64,000 bases of DNA from positions 1 to 64,000 of the forward strand of contig JAMDHS010000093.1 in the NCBI GenBank assembly GCA_029717555.1, given 5' to 3'. Made by a program: the position numbers and the translations under genes. The notes under the pieces were generated by a model. The model worked only from the letters and a program-made list of their open reading frames with translations. It was not told the DNA's origin and searched no databases. The stretch's first letter is position 1, and each line of letters begins with the position of its first letter. The DNA comes from Peribolospora baueri. Lineage: Eukaryota. This document shows positions 36,587 to 48,313 of this stretch, in pieces.

Positions 36587-38752
36587 TCAACGGCCGCCTG
36601 TCAGCGACCTGCTCAACTCTTCGCTTGTTTCCCATGCCCGCCTTGCGTCCCTCAACAGACGTCCAGCGGGCAAGCGCAGTACGTCGTCGTCGGCAAACTC
36701 GGAACGCAACCGCAGCCCTCCTTTCGCGTCTTCGCCGTCGTCGTCTTCTCCCGTTCCAGACGGCTCGCTCGTCGCCTTTTCCTTCGTCTCGCTCTCGGAG
36801 ACGGGCTCGGAGAGCGCAGTGAGGACGGCGAGCGATGCGGTGGTCGCGCCGGACAGCCAAGCGAGCGAAGGACCGTTCGCGCCCGCATTCGCCGAGCCCT
36901 GTGAAGAAAGCGAGCTGTGCCAAAGAGACGCAAGCCACGACGCGGGGGAGAAGCGCCATCCGGTTCCGTTCCCAGTACCGCCGGCACCTTCTGACTTGTT
37001 CTTGAGAGCATAAAGCGTCTCAGCGAGGTGGATGGAGATGAGGGCGTCGTCGTGTTCGAGAGCGAGACGATGCAGTGCCTTCGCCCTTTCGAATGGATCT
37101 TGAAGCGTCGCCGGGGAGACCAGAGAAAACAACGCTCCGACCTGATTCGACGCTCGCGAGTTACGCTCGGGCTCGGCGGCGGTGGCGGTGACGGAATCAT
37201 CGAGCAGCTGCTTTTCTCCTCGTACCAGTCTGAGAGCGGCGGCCTCGGTGCGAACGGCCCGTTCCAGCGATGCGCACCGATCGGACGACATGGCAGAGGC
37301 CGCCTCCTTACTACCCCTAACCTCTGGAGCACGAGGAGGGAGCGCATAAAGCGCGGAGAGCGAAAGAAGAGTGCCGACCAGGGATCGCGTCAGTGCTGGC
37401 GTCGGCTTTGCTTCCGACCCTCGGTTCGCAGCCACAAAGTCCCCATCGTCCTGCGCCTTTGAGTTTCGCAGATCGCCCGCTTTCACTTTCCCACCGGCCA
37501 TGCTCGCCGCCCTCTCGAACCACTTCTCCGCATCTTCCCTTCTGCCCAAACGCATGTGAAGATCGCCGATCTTGGTGGCGAGCCTGGCCATCCTCGCATC
37601 GTCCGGAGCGACGAATCTCGAGATGGCGCCGGAGTTGGGGCCATTAGATGGGTTCGAGTTCGCGGAAGCAGCGGTCGGCTCTTCGTGGGCCAGTTGCCTC
37701 GCTCTCCGCAGGGCAGCAAACAGCCTCTCGTATCCTGCACGTGCTTTATCAAGACCGGAGACGGTGCCGACGCGCTCGTGGCAAGCGGCCATGCGGGTCT
37801 CTAGTACGACAGCCGTCGGGTGGGGCTTAGAGAGGTTACACTGGGAGCGACTGGGCAAGGCGCGCAGCGATGGAGGGTCGAGACCGAGGCTGATACCCCG
37901 CTTGTTAGCTTCTTTTAGGGCGAGCTCGAGGTACGAGGCGGCGAGCGCAAAGCCTTCGTCAATGGTTTGACCCCTGTTACTCTTGTTGCCGCCCAATCCC
38001 GCTCGGCTGGAGTGGCCGAAGGTTCCTTGGCCGGTAAAGATGACGCTGGGATGGAGTCCCTTGCCGTAGCGAGCGCAATACCAAGCGCCTCGGACGGCGT
38101 GCCGGGCTCGCCAACCCAGCTTGGGGTCCGTCCCGCAAGTTCCAATGCCGGGAGGACACCAGGCATCATCTATGAGCTCTCCAGTCCACCCCCAGGTGTC
38201 ATCGTCGGTCCGGCCTTGAGCGAGAGCCTTCTCGAATACCTTGCCAGAATCACTCGAGGGGATTAGCCTCCTCTCGAGGTACCAGTGAACCCCTTCAAAG
38301 CCGATCGCCGTGATGGCGGCAATGCCAAAGGCAAACGCAACAACCGTACGAGCGAGGCGGGAGAGAACGTGGACGAACACGCCCAGAGGCCGGCTGAAAG
38401 AGTCGGTAAAATAAGCTGACGTGCCGGAGGAAGGCGAGGAGGCGTGGCGGCGAAGGGTGAGTGCGCTCGTGGTCTTCGCCAACAAAGGTTGGCCTGTCCG
38501 GCTGAGCAAAAGTCCTGATTTCCCACGATCAGACGAGGGCTGAACAAGAGGACTGCCAGCGAGAGGCAAGTGACGAGACACGCTTCTTGCGTACGTGCTC
38601 AGCCCGGCAGTGCCGAGGCTCGACCGCGGGGCCAACGGCCCGCCCACGAAGTACCTGCCGGCCGCGGAAGGGTGCGGGTGAGGGTCAAGCAGCGCAGTCC
38701 CAAACGCGAAAGGGCGTGCGCGAGGGAAGAGCATGGCCCGAGACGGGAGCAT
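36587..38752 (-). CDS. Uncharacterised intronless protein with mitochondrial-type presequence, one TM helix and TPR-like helices
   Basis: Single ORF of about 720 codons. The N-terminus is Arg/Ser/Leu-rich, followed by hydrophobic VVAFAFGIAAITAIGF and TPR-like LATKIGDLHMRLGRREDAEKWFERA. Mgr3/TTC19-like architecture is an inference only. Confidence 0.7.
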   Translation of the reverse strand: MLPSRAMLFPRARPFAFGTALLDPHPHPSAAGRYFVGGPLAPRSSLGTAGLSTYARSVSRHLPLAGSPLVQPSSDRGKSGLLLSRTGQPLLAKTTSALTLRRHASSPSSGTSAYFTDSFSRPLGVFVHVLSRLARTVVAFAFGIAAITAIGFEGVHWYLERRLIPSSDSGKVFEKALAQGRTDDDTWGWTGELIDDAWCPPGIGTCGTDPKLGWRARHAVRGAWYCARYGKGLHPSVIFTGQGTFGHSSRAGLGGNKSNRGQTIDEGFALAASYLELALKEANKRGISLGLDPPSLRALPSRSQCNLSKPHPTAVVLETRMAACHERVGTVSGLDKARAGYERLFAALRRARQLAHEEPTAASANSNPSNGPNSGAISRFVAPDDARMARLATKIGDLHMRLGRREDAEKWFERAASMAGGKVKAGDLRNSKAQDDGDFVAANRGSEAKPTPALTRSLVGTLLSLSALYALPPRAPEVRGSKEAASAMSSDRCASLERAVRTEAAALRLVRGEKQLLDDSVTATAAEPERNSRASNQVGALFSLVSPATLQDPFERAKALHRLALEHDDALISIHLAETLYALKNKSEGAGGTGNGTGWRFSPASWLASLWHSSLSSQGSANAGANGPSLAWLSGATTASLAVLTALSEPVSESETKEKATSEPSGTGEDDDGEDAKGGLRLRSEFADDDVLRLPAGRLLRDARRAWETSEELSRSLTGGR

Positions 38753-39300
38753 GGTGGAAGGCGATGTCGGCAAGGTTTCTCGACGAGCGTGCCGTCAGAG
38801 ACGTTGAGAAAGGTCGTCGTGCGTTACATAATTGTTGGCGTCACGTGCTACCGCAGCCATCATTGACCTCGCTCTGATCATGATCATCATCATCAGCAGC
38901 AGCAGCCGCCGCCGCCTTCTGCTCGATACCATTGCCGAGCTCTCGCCCTTTTCACGCTGCTCTGAGCCGATGCGCACACCCGTAGAGGGTAATTGGTCTC
39001 TGTAGTCTAGTCAGCCTGGTGGTCAGATTGGCGTTCGTTTTGCGCCGCGCTAGCGAGCCCTGGGCCACCAGTCATTCCAGATGAACTTGCCGATATTAGG
39101 TTTGATCCAAGACGGGAGCTCACAACGTATGAGATTCTCTGTCCATGGCACTGGTTGTACTAATATCGCCCACACAAGTAGGCTAAACACCACCCAGGGC
39201 ATATTTTTTGAACTTGGTGGTCGAGAGAAGGTGATGGAGCGACGCGGCAGCCGCCACTCTCGATCACAATTGCCTCTTGTGCCGCAGCAGCATTCTCTCT

Positions 39301-39321
39301 ACGCGTCGTATGCGCGTCGCG
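39301..39321 (+). promoter_or_regulatory. MCB-like element cluster upstream of RFA1
   Basis: ACGCGT at 39301-39306 followed by CGCGTCGCGT, about 155-175 bp before the RPA1 ATG. RPA1 orthologues are MBF targets in yeasts. Confidence 0.45.
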
Positions 39322-39476
39322 TCGTCAAGATGATCCTCCACAGCCAACTTACGCCACCTCCGTCCTGCCGCCACCCCTCCTTCACTCTTCCCTTCCCGTC
39401 CTGACTTCTTTCTTCACTCTTCCCTTCTCGTCTATTTTGTTTCTCTTGCGACCACACACTCTCCGTGTTTGTCACC

Positions 39477-41966
39477 ATGTCGTTGGAACTCACCCAAGGT
39501 GCCATCTCTACCATCATGGCCTCCGACGGGCCCCCGTCGGTCCAGAACCCGGTCCTACAAGTCATCCACATCAAGAAGATCAGCAGCGTGTCCAAGGATA
39601 CCGGAAAACTGAGCGACAGGTGGAGAATCATCCTCAGTGACGGCTCGCATTTTGTGCAGGGTGAGTGAATGGGCGAGTCAGAATGTCGGAGCTTTTGGCG
39701 ATCACCGTCTATTCGCTCGTGCCCCGATCCCATACTTTTCCACGCCGAGTTCGACTTCCACCGGCTGGGGTGCTGCCATGTTGACGCGAAAATTACTTTT
39801 CTAGGAATGCTCGGTACCCAGCTGCAATACATTGTCGAGACGGAGGAGGTGATCCATAACAGCGTGATCAGCCTCACCCAGTACGTCGCCAACACGATCC
39901 AAAAGCGCAAGCTCATCATCATCCTCGGCCTTGAGGTTCTCGAACGAGAAATCCCTGACCGCATTGGCGCGCCTGTGTCACTTGACGGGCTTTTGGGCGG
40001 GGCCGTGTCGATTCAAGCTGACAATAATGCCCCAGCCCCAGTCAATCGCGCTCGACCCGCAGCGAATGTCGGCAGGAGTGGCGGTGGACCGAGCGCGCCC
40101 ATCTACCCGATCGAAGGGCTGAGCCCGTACCAGAACAAGTGAGTGGCTTCCAATCTTGTTTCCGAGTTTGGCATTAACGAAGCTTACCTTCTGCCGTTGT
40201 TTACGTTTAGGTGGACGATCAAGGCTCGAGTGACGTCCAAGAGCGAGATCAAGCACTGGTCAAACCAACGAGGGGATGGCAAATTGTTCAGCGTGAACCT
40301 GTTGGACGAGACGGTGAGCAGGCTGATTGCATTAGCCTTCAGCGTAAGCATGAAATCTAATCGCATGTGCACTTGCCCTCCCATTTCCATTGCTTCCCAG
40401 GGAGAAATTCGCGCTACTGGCTTTAACGACGCCGTGGACAATTTCTACAACCTTTTGGAGGAGAACAAAGTGTACTTCATCAGCAAGGCTCGCGTCAACA
40501 TTGCCAAGAAGCAGTTCAGTAACCTCTCGAACGAATACGAGATCACCTTTGAGAATGGCACTGAAATTGAGCTGGTAAGCTAAGGTTGGGCTTCTGTTCA
40601 AAACACAACGACGATAGTGATTTACTTATTTTCTCCCTTTCCCATCCTTTGGACCTTTCGCTAGTGCCCCGACCAGGACAGCGCGCCGCAGGTCCGCTTT
40701 AACTTTACCGACATCGCCGGCTTGCAAAATGTGGAGAAAGATATGACGACGGACGTGCTTGCCGTGGTCAAGGACGTTGGCGAGGTAACCCAGATCACCA
40801 GCAAGGCCACCCAGCGTCCTGTGTCCAAGCGTGACATCACCCTTGTCGACCGCAGCGAGATGAGCGTACGGCTGACGCTTTGGGGCAAACAAGCCGAGAG
40901 TTTCCACGCTGAAGACAGCCCAGTCATGGCGTTCAAGGGCGTTAAAGTGGGAGACTTCGGAGGTGAGTGAGCGCCGCTGTTAATTTTTCTAGTCTCAATA
41001 TCAGCGCGTCTTCTTACCCCTCTTTCACCTTGTGATAGGCCGATCCCTCTCCATGTACGCCTCTTCCACCATGATGACCAACCCGGACATCCCGGAAGCG
41101 CACGCTCTGCGAGGTTGGTACGACGCTCAAGGGTCCATGCAAGACTTCCGTCCCTACAACTCCTCCATGGCCGCGGCCGGCGGTGCTGACGGGGGTGCCC
41201 GGAAGAACGAGGCCCGCACGCTGGCCGAAGTGAAGGACTCAAACATGGGGACAGGGGACAAGCCGGACTTCTTCAACTCCCGTGCGACGATCATTTTCGT
41301 CAAGTCGGAGAACCTGTACTACCCCGCCTGTCCTAGCGAGACGTGCAACAAGAAGGTTACGGACGAAGGAGACGGATGGCGGTGCGAGAAGTGTGACAGG
41401 GTGTACCCGGCACCTGAGTACCGGTGAGTTTAAACACCTTCGCGTCGTCAGTTCAAGACTGTTTGCCTCAGCCTTCTCTCCGATTCTTTGCGTCGCAGAT
41501 ACATTGTAGCCCTCAATGCTGCGGATCACACCGGTCAGCTGTGGCTGAGTGGATTCAACGACGTTGGCCAGCAGCTTTTTGGCATGAGCGCGACCAAGCT
41601 GCATGAACTCAAAGTGAGTCAGGTGATCCCGCGCCCCATCGGAAAGCTGTTCGAAACGACTCATTTCGAATGCACATCCCTTTCCTCTCGGGCTTGCTGT
41701 AGGAAAACGACGAGTCGGCCTTCCAAGCCGCCGTCCACCGAGCAAACAACCAGATGTTCACGTTCTTCTGCAGAGCCAAGCAGGACAACTTCAATGTAAG
41801 ATCGTTTGCTCGGACTCGGTCGGCTAATGGTCATTGGCTGACGCTTCCATTTCCTCCATTCCCCCAGGACACGGTACGCGTGCGATACAACATCAATCGC
41901 GCGACGCCTGTTAACTTCACGCAAGCTGGCAACGAACTATTGGAGCTCATAAAACAATACTCCTGA
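39477..41966 (+). CDS. RFA1: Replication protein A large subunit
   Basis: [51 protein letters not shown], zinc ribbon [13 protein letters not shown]...WRCEKC and [12 protein letters not shown]. Confidence 0.97.
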
Positions 41967-42012
41967 GCTTGGTAGCTGGTAATTACCATGCACGAGATGT
42001 CGATCGTTTTCC

Positions 42013-42951
42013 CTATTCGAGTTCTCCTCTTGTCCTTGTAATCTTAGTCACTGTCGCCGCCACTGTGCCTGTCCTGTGTGTCGAAGCATCGTTCGAATTA
42101 TACAGTCACCGTATGGACAACAGAAACGGAACCAGAAGGCTCCCGAGCTCACTTGAGCGTTCTCTCCACCCTCCTCTCCAGCAAATCCAGGTCATCCACG
42201 TCTTCTGGCAGACCATCACCGTCTCGCGCAGGTTTCGTGCTACAGACACTGGCGATATCTCCCTCCAGTCCTTTGAGCGCGACTGCCTGCCATTGGAGCC
42301 GTTGCTGGAGATCGGCCATATCTTCAGTGAGAGCATGTACATCCTCTTTGAGCTGGGCTGTAGTGGTGGCCACGATAGACTCGATTGCAAGGCAAACGTC
42401 TGGATCCAACTGAGCAGAGCCGTAGATTCATAGCTCAGTGAAGATCACTGCTCAGAGGAGAGGCCTTCGAGGACCATGTCCAACGTCAAAGCCGTGCTCA
42501 CCCGTACCACCTGTGCCTCTGGTACTTGCTCTCCGGAACGTATGCCTTGAAGCCAGGGCTCTTCCATCGCCTCCAGCTCCACTGCCCCCATCGATGCTGC
42601 CTTCCACTCTCTCGCCTCTCTCCTTGCTGCCCTCTGCCCCATATTCTCACCGTTTTCCTCGACATAAACCTCCTCAGCCTTGCCGACGGCCACCCTTTCA
42701 TCCTCATCAAATCGGACGTCCTCAGCTTCTGACATGTCATTCACAGGTCGAATGCTATTGCTGTTGTATGGCCGAGAGTAGGTGGAGCTGTGCTGGGTTG
42801 TACCGACTCGGCTTGAGACGGCGGTGAGAAACTGGATAGCCTTTTGGCCGCCATCAATAGACCTTCTCAGCCTTGGAGGTTTTACACTGAATACCGTCGG
42901 AGCGGTGAGCGTCGAAAGGGCAGAAGCGGCTCGGCGAGAACATTTGAACAT
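42013..42951 (-). CDS. Small uncharacterised coiled-coil protein
   Basis: Predicted exons 42951-42502, 42409-42153 and 42073-42013 with GTGAGC donors. Heptad-like segment LKEDVHALTEDMADLQQRLQWQAVALKGLE. The start codon and last exon are uncertain. Confidence 0.55.
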
Positions 42952-43277
42952 GATGGAGAATGGCTATGGCGTTCAAGTGCATGTGCGGGGGTGCCGGCCC
43001 CGAGGCGAAGCGTTTTATGGCCCAATGGGCCAAACGTGATCAGTAAGCGGGGAAGCCCCGCAGCATGGGTCGCTGAGGTTGGGCCGCTCAGCTCGCTGTC
43101 GCCATCTTCACGTTGACGATGCCGATAAACCCACGAACAAGTCTTCCTATTACCGCTTCAATATTAAGTCCGGTTCTATCCTTGGGCGCAGAGGGAACAT
43201 GCCACATGCTGGCCCCACCAGAGCGACCCCCGCTAACACATGCCTAATCGCTGATGCCAGCACCCAAATCCAAACGC

Positions 43278-44999
43278 TTACGCGGAGAACAACCAAGCGC
43301 CCATACCAACGATCGTCGCCGTCGCCATCCACACCACCGTAAAAAGTGCTGTGTCGAGGGTATAGGTCGAGGCGCCGCCGGAATTGTTTCCTTTGCTTCC
43401 AGAGGAAGAAGACGTTGGAGACGATGAGGGCTGCCCGACCGTGGCAGAGGCATTGTTTGCTCGCGTGGTGCTGCGTCAGTAGAGTAAAAATATTGGTGAG
43501 ACGGCGAGATCTTGTGCGACGGGCAGCTCAATAACGACCGTGCTCGGGCATAAAGAACCCAATGCCATTTTTAAAGTCGTCCCCGCTCCCCCTCATCGAA
43601 CACTTTACTAACCTGGACGCCAAGACCCAGCTAATACCACCATAGACGTGCGCCTGGAACGTGGAGTCCTGGCAGGCACATGGCGGACGTTAAGTGAGGT
43701 TCTAGGGCGCACGCGCAGTATACAAGCGGTGCCTACCTCCCATGTAGAAGAAAGATGGCCCAACGAGGTGTAGTACGAACGACCGGCGCCTCCTTGGATG
43801 GATGCGTCGCCGCCGTCGACACCGCCGCCCGCAGCTCGAACCGGCTGGTCAAGCAGTCTGCCCTCACGGTACCAAGCCAGGGGCTGCGGGGAGCCTTGTG
43901 TGCCATTGTGCACCCCGTTGTCAACGTAGGTGCTGTGATCCGGCGTCAGGAGGACGGTCGCGTTCATCAGACGCGGCTAACAAGCGCGAAGTGGAGCAAG
44001 ATAGGCAAGGCTGTCAAAAAACGCCGTTTGACGCAGTGCAACTTGGGAGTGGGCAGACGCTACATCAGGACGGAAACCCGAGATTGAGTGCACTTACGTC
44101 AGATCTGAAATTGTAGCTGTTTATAGCAAAGTGGTGCGAAGACGTGAGCTGAGAGAAGACCGGGTCACTGCGCTGGGTGAAATGATTGTACGGACATTTC
44201 ATCGGTGACATTCCAGCGCGCGGGAAGAATGGACGTTGATGGGTGTTTGTTGTCAAGGACTTGGACGGTCTGGAAGAGAAAATGGTAGACGGGTCGCAGG
44301 TAAGCGTGCAGCTCAGAGGTGCTGCTAGAAACCGGGCTGGAGCGTCCGTAACGCACGGCATTCTGCAAAGCCGGGTGGTAATCAAAGAAAGCTCCAAGCA
44401 GGCGCCCGTACCAAGGCGTGGTGAAGAGGCAGGCAGACGCCGAATGAATGCCTACATAACCTCCTCCCGCTTGAACATAGGCCGCCATGTTGGTCTTTCC
44501 GGTAGGCGTCAGCACCTCGTCACTGCATAGCGGGAATGGAGGAAGAGAGAAGTAGATTGAGACAAGCTGATGACTGCAACAACGTGAGCATCGCCTACTC
44601 ACCTGTTGCTCACAAACACGAGCGCGTCGAACTGGTTTAGCCAGCCAGGCTGCTCGAACAGGGTCATGTTCTCCGTTGCGAAGACCTCCCATCCCTTGGT
44701 CTGCGTGGCTGGGTCGAGCAAATGGGCCGGCGGAGGGGTGGACCCGAGGGTGGTGATGGTCTGAATGGCCGTGGGTATAGAGTCATGACGATAGCCTAAA
44801 GGGAGAGGAGGGACAGAGGAGAGAGAGAAGAGCTCGACTCGATGTGGTCGTGGAGGAGCATACGCAGACGACCCTCACCGGCAGTGGCCGTGTAGAGAAG
44901 AATCTTGCTCGCCAGCGTCATGGGGATAAGAAGGAGCTGGAGCCCTAAAAGAAAAGAAAGCGGGAGAAAGGGGGACGGCTGTGTGCGCGTTGGTAACAT
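43278..44999 (-). CDS. ThuA-like (class I glutamine amidotransferase-like fold) protein, secreted and probably GPI-anchored
   Basis: Signal peptide, then KILLYTATAGYRHDSIPTA, GGGYVGIHSASAC, LLGAFFDYHP, DEIYNFRSDPR, QPLAWYRE and GRSYYTSLGH. The last exon encodes a Ser-rich stalk, NNSGGA and a hydrophobic tail. Confidence 0.88.
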
Positions 45000-45178
45000 T
45001 GTCGTGGATGGTGGTGTGATCGAGGCACAAATGCGGCGAGCGGGCCGCCGGGCAGACCGTCGCGTCGCGCGGCCATTCGAGGTGACAACCAAACACCAAC
45101 ACCTCCGTCACCGTCACTTTCATCTCCATCACGCTTCTCAAACGCAAGGGCGACCTGGACGGCGCCGACGACGTCGCC

Positions 45179-48107
45179 ATGTTGTCCTCGCCCGAGCTTG
45201 ACAACGTCGATCATTCTCTGCACTCCGTCCTCGACCACACTTCGCCTTCGCCCTCCAAGAAACCCCGGGTTGGCTCTGGCATCTGTACTCCCCTCTCTCA
45301 GCATGCTTCGACCTCCTCCCACGCCAGCTTCATGTCTGGCTCCAGACCCAGGCCCAACGCTACTTACGGCAGGAAGGCTTCGTCGTCCCGCAAGACGTCC
45401 AACAGCTTTTCGTCCCCCTTTAACTCTTATCGCTCTTTTGACAAGCCCTTCTCCAGTCAGACCTCTCAGCCCGATCTGTCCATCACTCCCTCTCCCGATC
45501 TCGGAAGAGGTGCTGGACCGGATCGCACGTCCAAACTCGCATGTTTGACTGCTACTCGGAAACCGGCCTTGTCCGACTCAGATTCACTCTCACCTGTCTG
45601 CTCCGCCTCTTCAGACTCGCTCAGCGAAGCTGAAGATAATGGCATGGCGACGGGTAAAGGTTCGGCCACAGTCAAGATTTCTGTCGCGCAGACAATCGAT
45701 AGCCCTCGGCACGAAAAGCGCCGTGCCGCGAAAGCGGTCCAGGAGGGAGCGTACATTGAGTCGAGCGAGGACGATAGCGAGGAAGATAGGCTTACCCCAC
45801 CTCCATCCGGCGTCCATGCTTCTGCTGGAACAGGACGCTCGGCAAAGAAGCGGCCATTAGCTCGGCCCCTAGCTCGACGGTCTGCCACGGCGGTCAAGCG
45901 TTTGTCGTCGCCGCCCCTCCCTACCCCACCTTCTACGAACATGTCGGCGTGTCTCGCGATCTCGAAAGCTCAGCCAGTCGCCACGCCTTCCGGTTCCAGT
46001 CCATGTACATCTCCAGCTCCGCCAATACCCAAATCCAACTACCCAGGATCTCAGTCACTGAGTCGGGGCCGCAACGCAAGGGCGCAGGAAGAAGCGGAGT
46101 GGAAAAGGAGCGCCTTTGCGGCGGAGGACATGCTCGTATGGGTATTTCTCAAAGAGCGGAAAGTGGCGCTGGATCGTGAGGCGATGGACGTCTCTTTGAA
46201 GGGCACTGATTTGCCAAGGGGCTGCTGGTGGCCGGGCCGAGTGAGCACTTCTATAGCCACGCTACCGCTTTCATCTGATGCGCCCAGCCTTCATTGCCGC
46301 TAACAGATTTTGCTTCGGTCTAGCTCGGGGAGGACGCCAGCTCGAAAGGTCCTCTGAGTGCGTCGCTGTTCGGACGACCGCCGCTAGGCGAGCGAAGGTG
46401 TGTCACCTTTCCTCCAGCCGGGGCGTTCATTCCTTTTGGGTCTCCTGACGCCTCTCCTCCGCCCTACGTACCTGTAGGGTTGTCTCTCTCCTCGAACCTT
46501 CACCGACAAACCTGCTCACCTTCAAGGACGATCTCGGCGTCGTCCGCTTTTCGTCCTCCACCTACAAGAACGACGATTCCTCCCCGTCTCAAGCCATGCT
46601 GGATGACGCTTTTGAAGATGCGCTCCACCAAGCCCTGGAGAAGGACGCAGAGGATAACGATGGACTTCCCGACGCCACATGGTTGATATCGAGCCAGGGA
46701 AAGGCAGCCGATCCTAGTCAGGATCTGACTTGCCGACGCTCTCCCATTTCGGATGGGGACGAGACGGCGTCGTGGCAACCCTACTGGAATCGCCCGGACC
46801 CGGTCCTTCGCATTCCTGGCGAGGCAGTGCTAGCTCAGTTTTCGGACAACTTCTATTACCCGGCCCGCATCAACGCGTTCATCCCCTCTACGAGGCCTGA
46901 ACATCAAAAGCGAAAACCGGCTTACTGCCATAAAAGCGGGAAACTGCTGCGCAACCAGTCTGCGTGTAAGGCGGGCATTCCTAGGTACCAACTCACCTTC
47001 TGCGATGACGTCGATGTGGTGCTGCCCAGGGAGGGCTTTCATGGACCGACGGAGGAGAAGTTTGGCAGAGTTCCGGTGCGTGCGACATGTACGCCTGTCA
47101 TCGGATATGCTCACAGCTGAGGCCAGACTGTCCGTCGTCACGTCCTACAGCTGGGCTCCTTTGCCTGGTCGGACGAAAATGCAGACGAGGATCAGCCCCC
47201 TGTTCGGCCAGGAGAACGGTCTCCCTCACCGCCTCCGTCCGAATTCCTTGACTCGCTCCCGCAACCACTAGATCCATCGACCATGAGTTCGCAGCCTTTC
47301 CGAACTCGTCTAAGATTGCTCCGTCCAGCGCTGCAGCTCATCCTGCGAGACGATTACGGTCCTGCCCGCACTCGAACGTCGTCCTTCTTCGCTGGAGGCC
47401 AGAGCAGAAGACTGCTAGCGCAGCACGTGTCGACGGGTCGGTGGAAGCACGGGGAGGTCAAGAACGAAGTTCTGGAGGAGCTGCTCGTTTGGGCTCTCAA
47501 AGGAGAAGGGGAGAAACAGACGAAGAAGATGTTGGCTTGGGTCGCTGGACAGTCCGAGGTGAGCCTCGATGCGGGTGTTCCGTGCCACGCGTCGTCCTCA
47601 CCTTATCTTCTCCCACAATCGCAGAACGCTTCTGCTGCTGGGCGCTCCCCTCCCGACTTCCGTCGAAGCCCTGCCGGTTGTCTTGCATACGAAGGCCTTT
47701 CGGCCGCCGAGCGCAATCAGTTCGTAGTGGACGTTTTGCTTCCGGAAACGCTCACTCTTCTCGTCATGGCGGAAGACGGACTGCGAGAGCAAGCCCGAGC
47801 CGATCCCGATTTTGGTCGCGAAGAACTAGACGAAGAGTTTAGTTGCAACGGAAACGGTGCAAGCTTTCAGGCGGACCTCGGCGGCAACCTGCCTGACGAA
47901 CGGAAGCCGCCGTTCTACCACCCTAGCCCGAATGAGGACGTGGAGAGGCGAGCTTACGCGGTGGCGGAGAGACGATTGCGCGAGGAAGAGCCGGCGTCGG
48001 AATGGATATACCGACTGATGTCTGCGCGACACGCTCGCGAGACGAACTCGTCGCACCAGAAGGCCAAAACGAGTGGTTCGGTGAGGACGCGGACGAGGAA
48101 TAGATGA
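45179..48107 (+). CDS. Uncharacterised putative nuclear protein with PWWP-like and Tudor-like segments
   Basis: NLS-like PSKKPR and a disordered N-terminus, then MLVWVFL...CWWPGRI and IPGEAVLAQFSDNFYYPARINAF...RYQLTFCD, and a helical C-terminus. Splice sites are canonical. Confidence 0.65.
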
Positions 48108-48302
48108 CATTGGCCGACAGTTTAGCTAGGATACCATCGGATGTTCTTAGGACGTTTCTTCTTAGCGCGCTGTCCATCATCTCTGAAATCATGTACCTAC
48201 GATTGCTCGAGACTTGTTTCCATTCACTCGTCCATGACTCCCCAACCATGCTAAGTACTTGCGAGTCGTCCCTCGCGCGGCGAGACCTTGGGCGGTGATC
48301 TT

Positions 48303-48313
48303 CTAACCCTAAC
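48303..48313 (+). promoter_or_regulatory. Telomere-repeat-like box CTAACCCTAAC (AACCCT-box candidate)
   Basis: Nearly two CCCTAA units about 70 bp upstream of the COG1 ATG. Confidence 0.35.
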
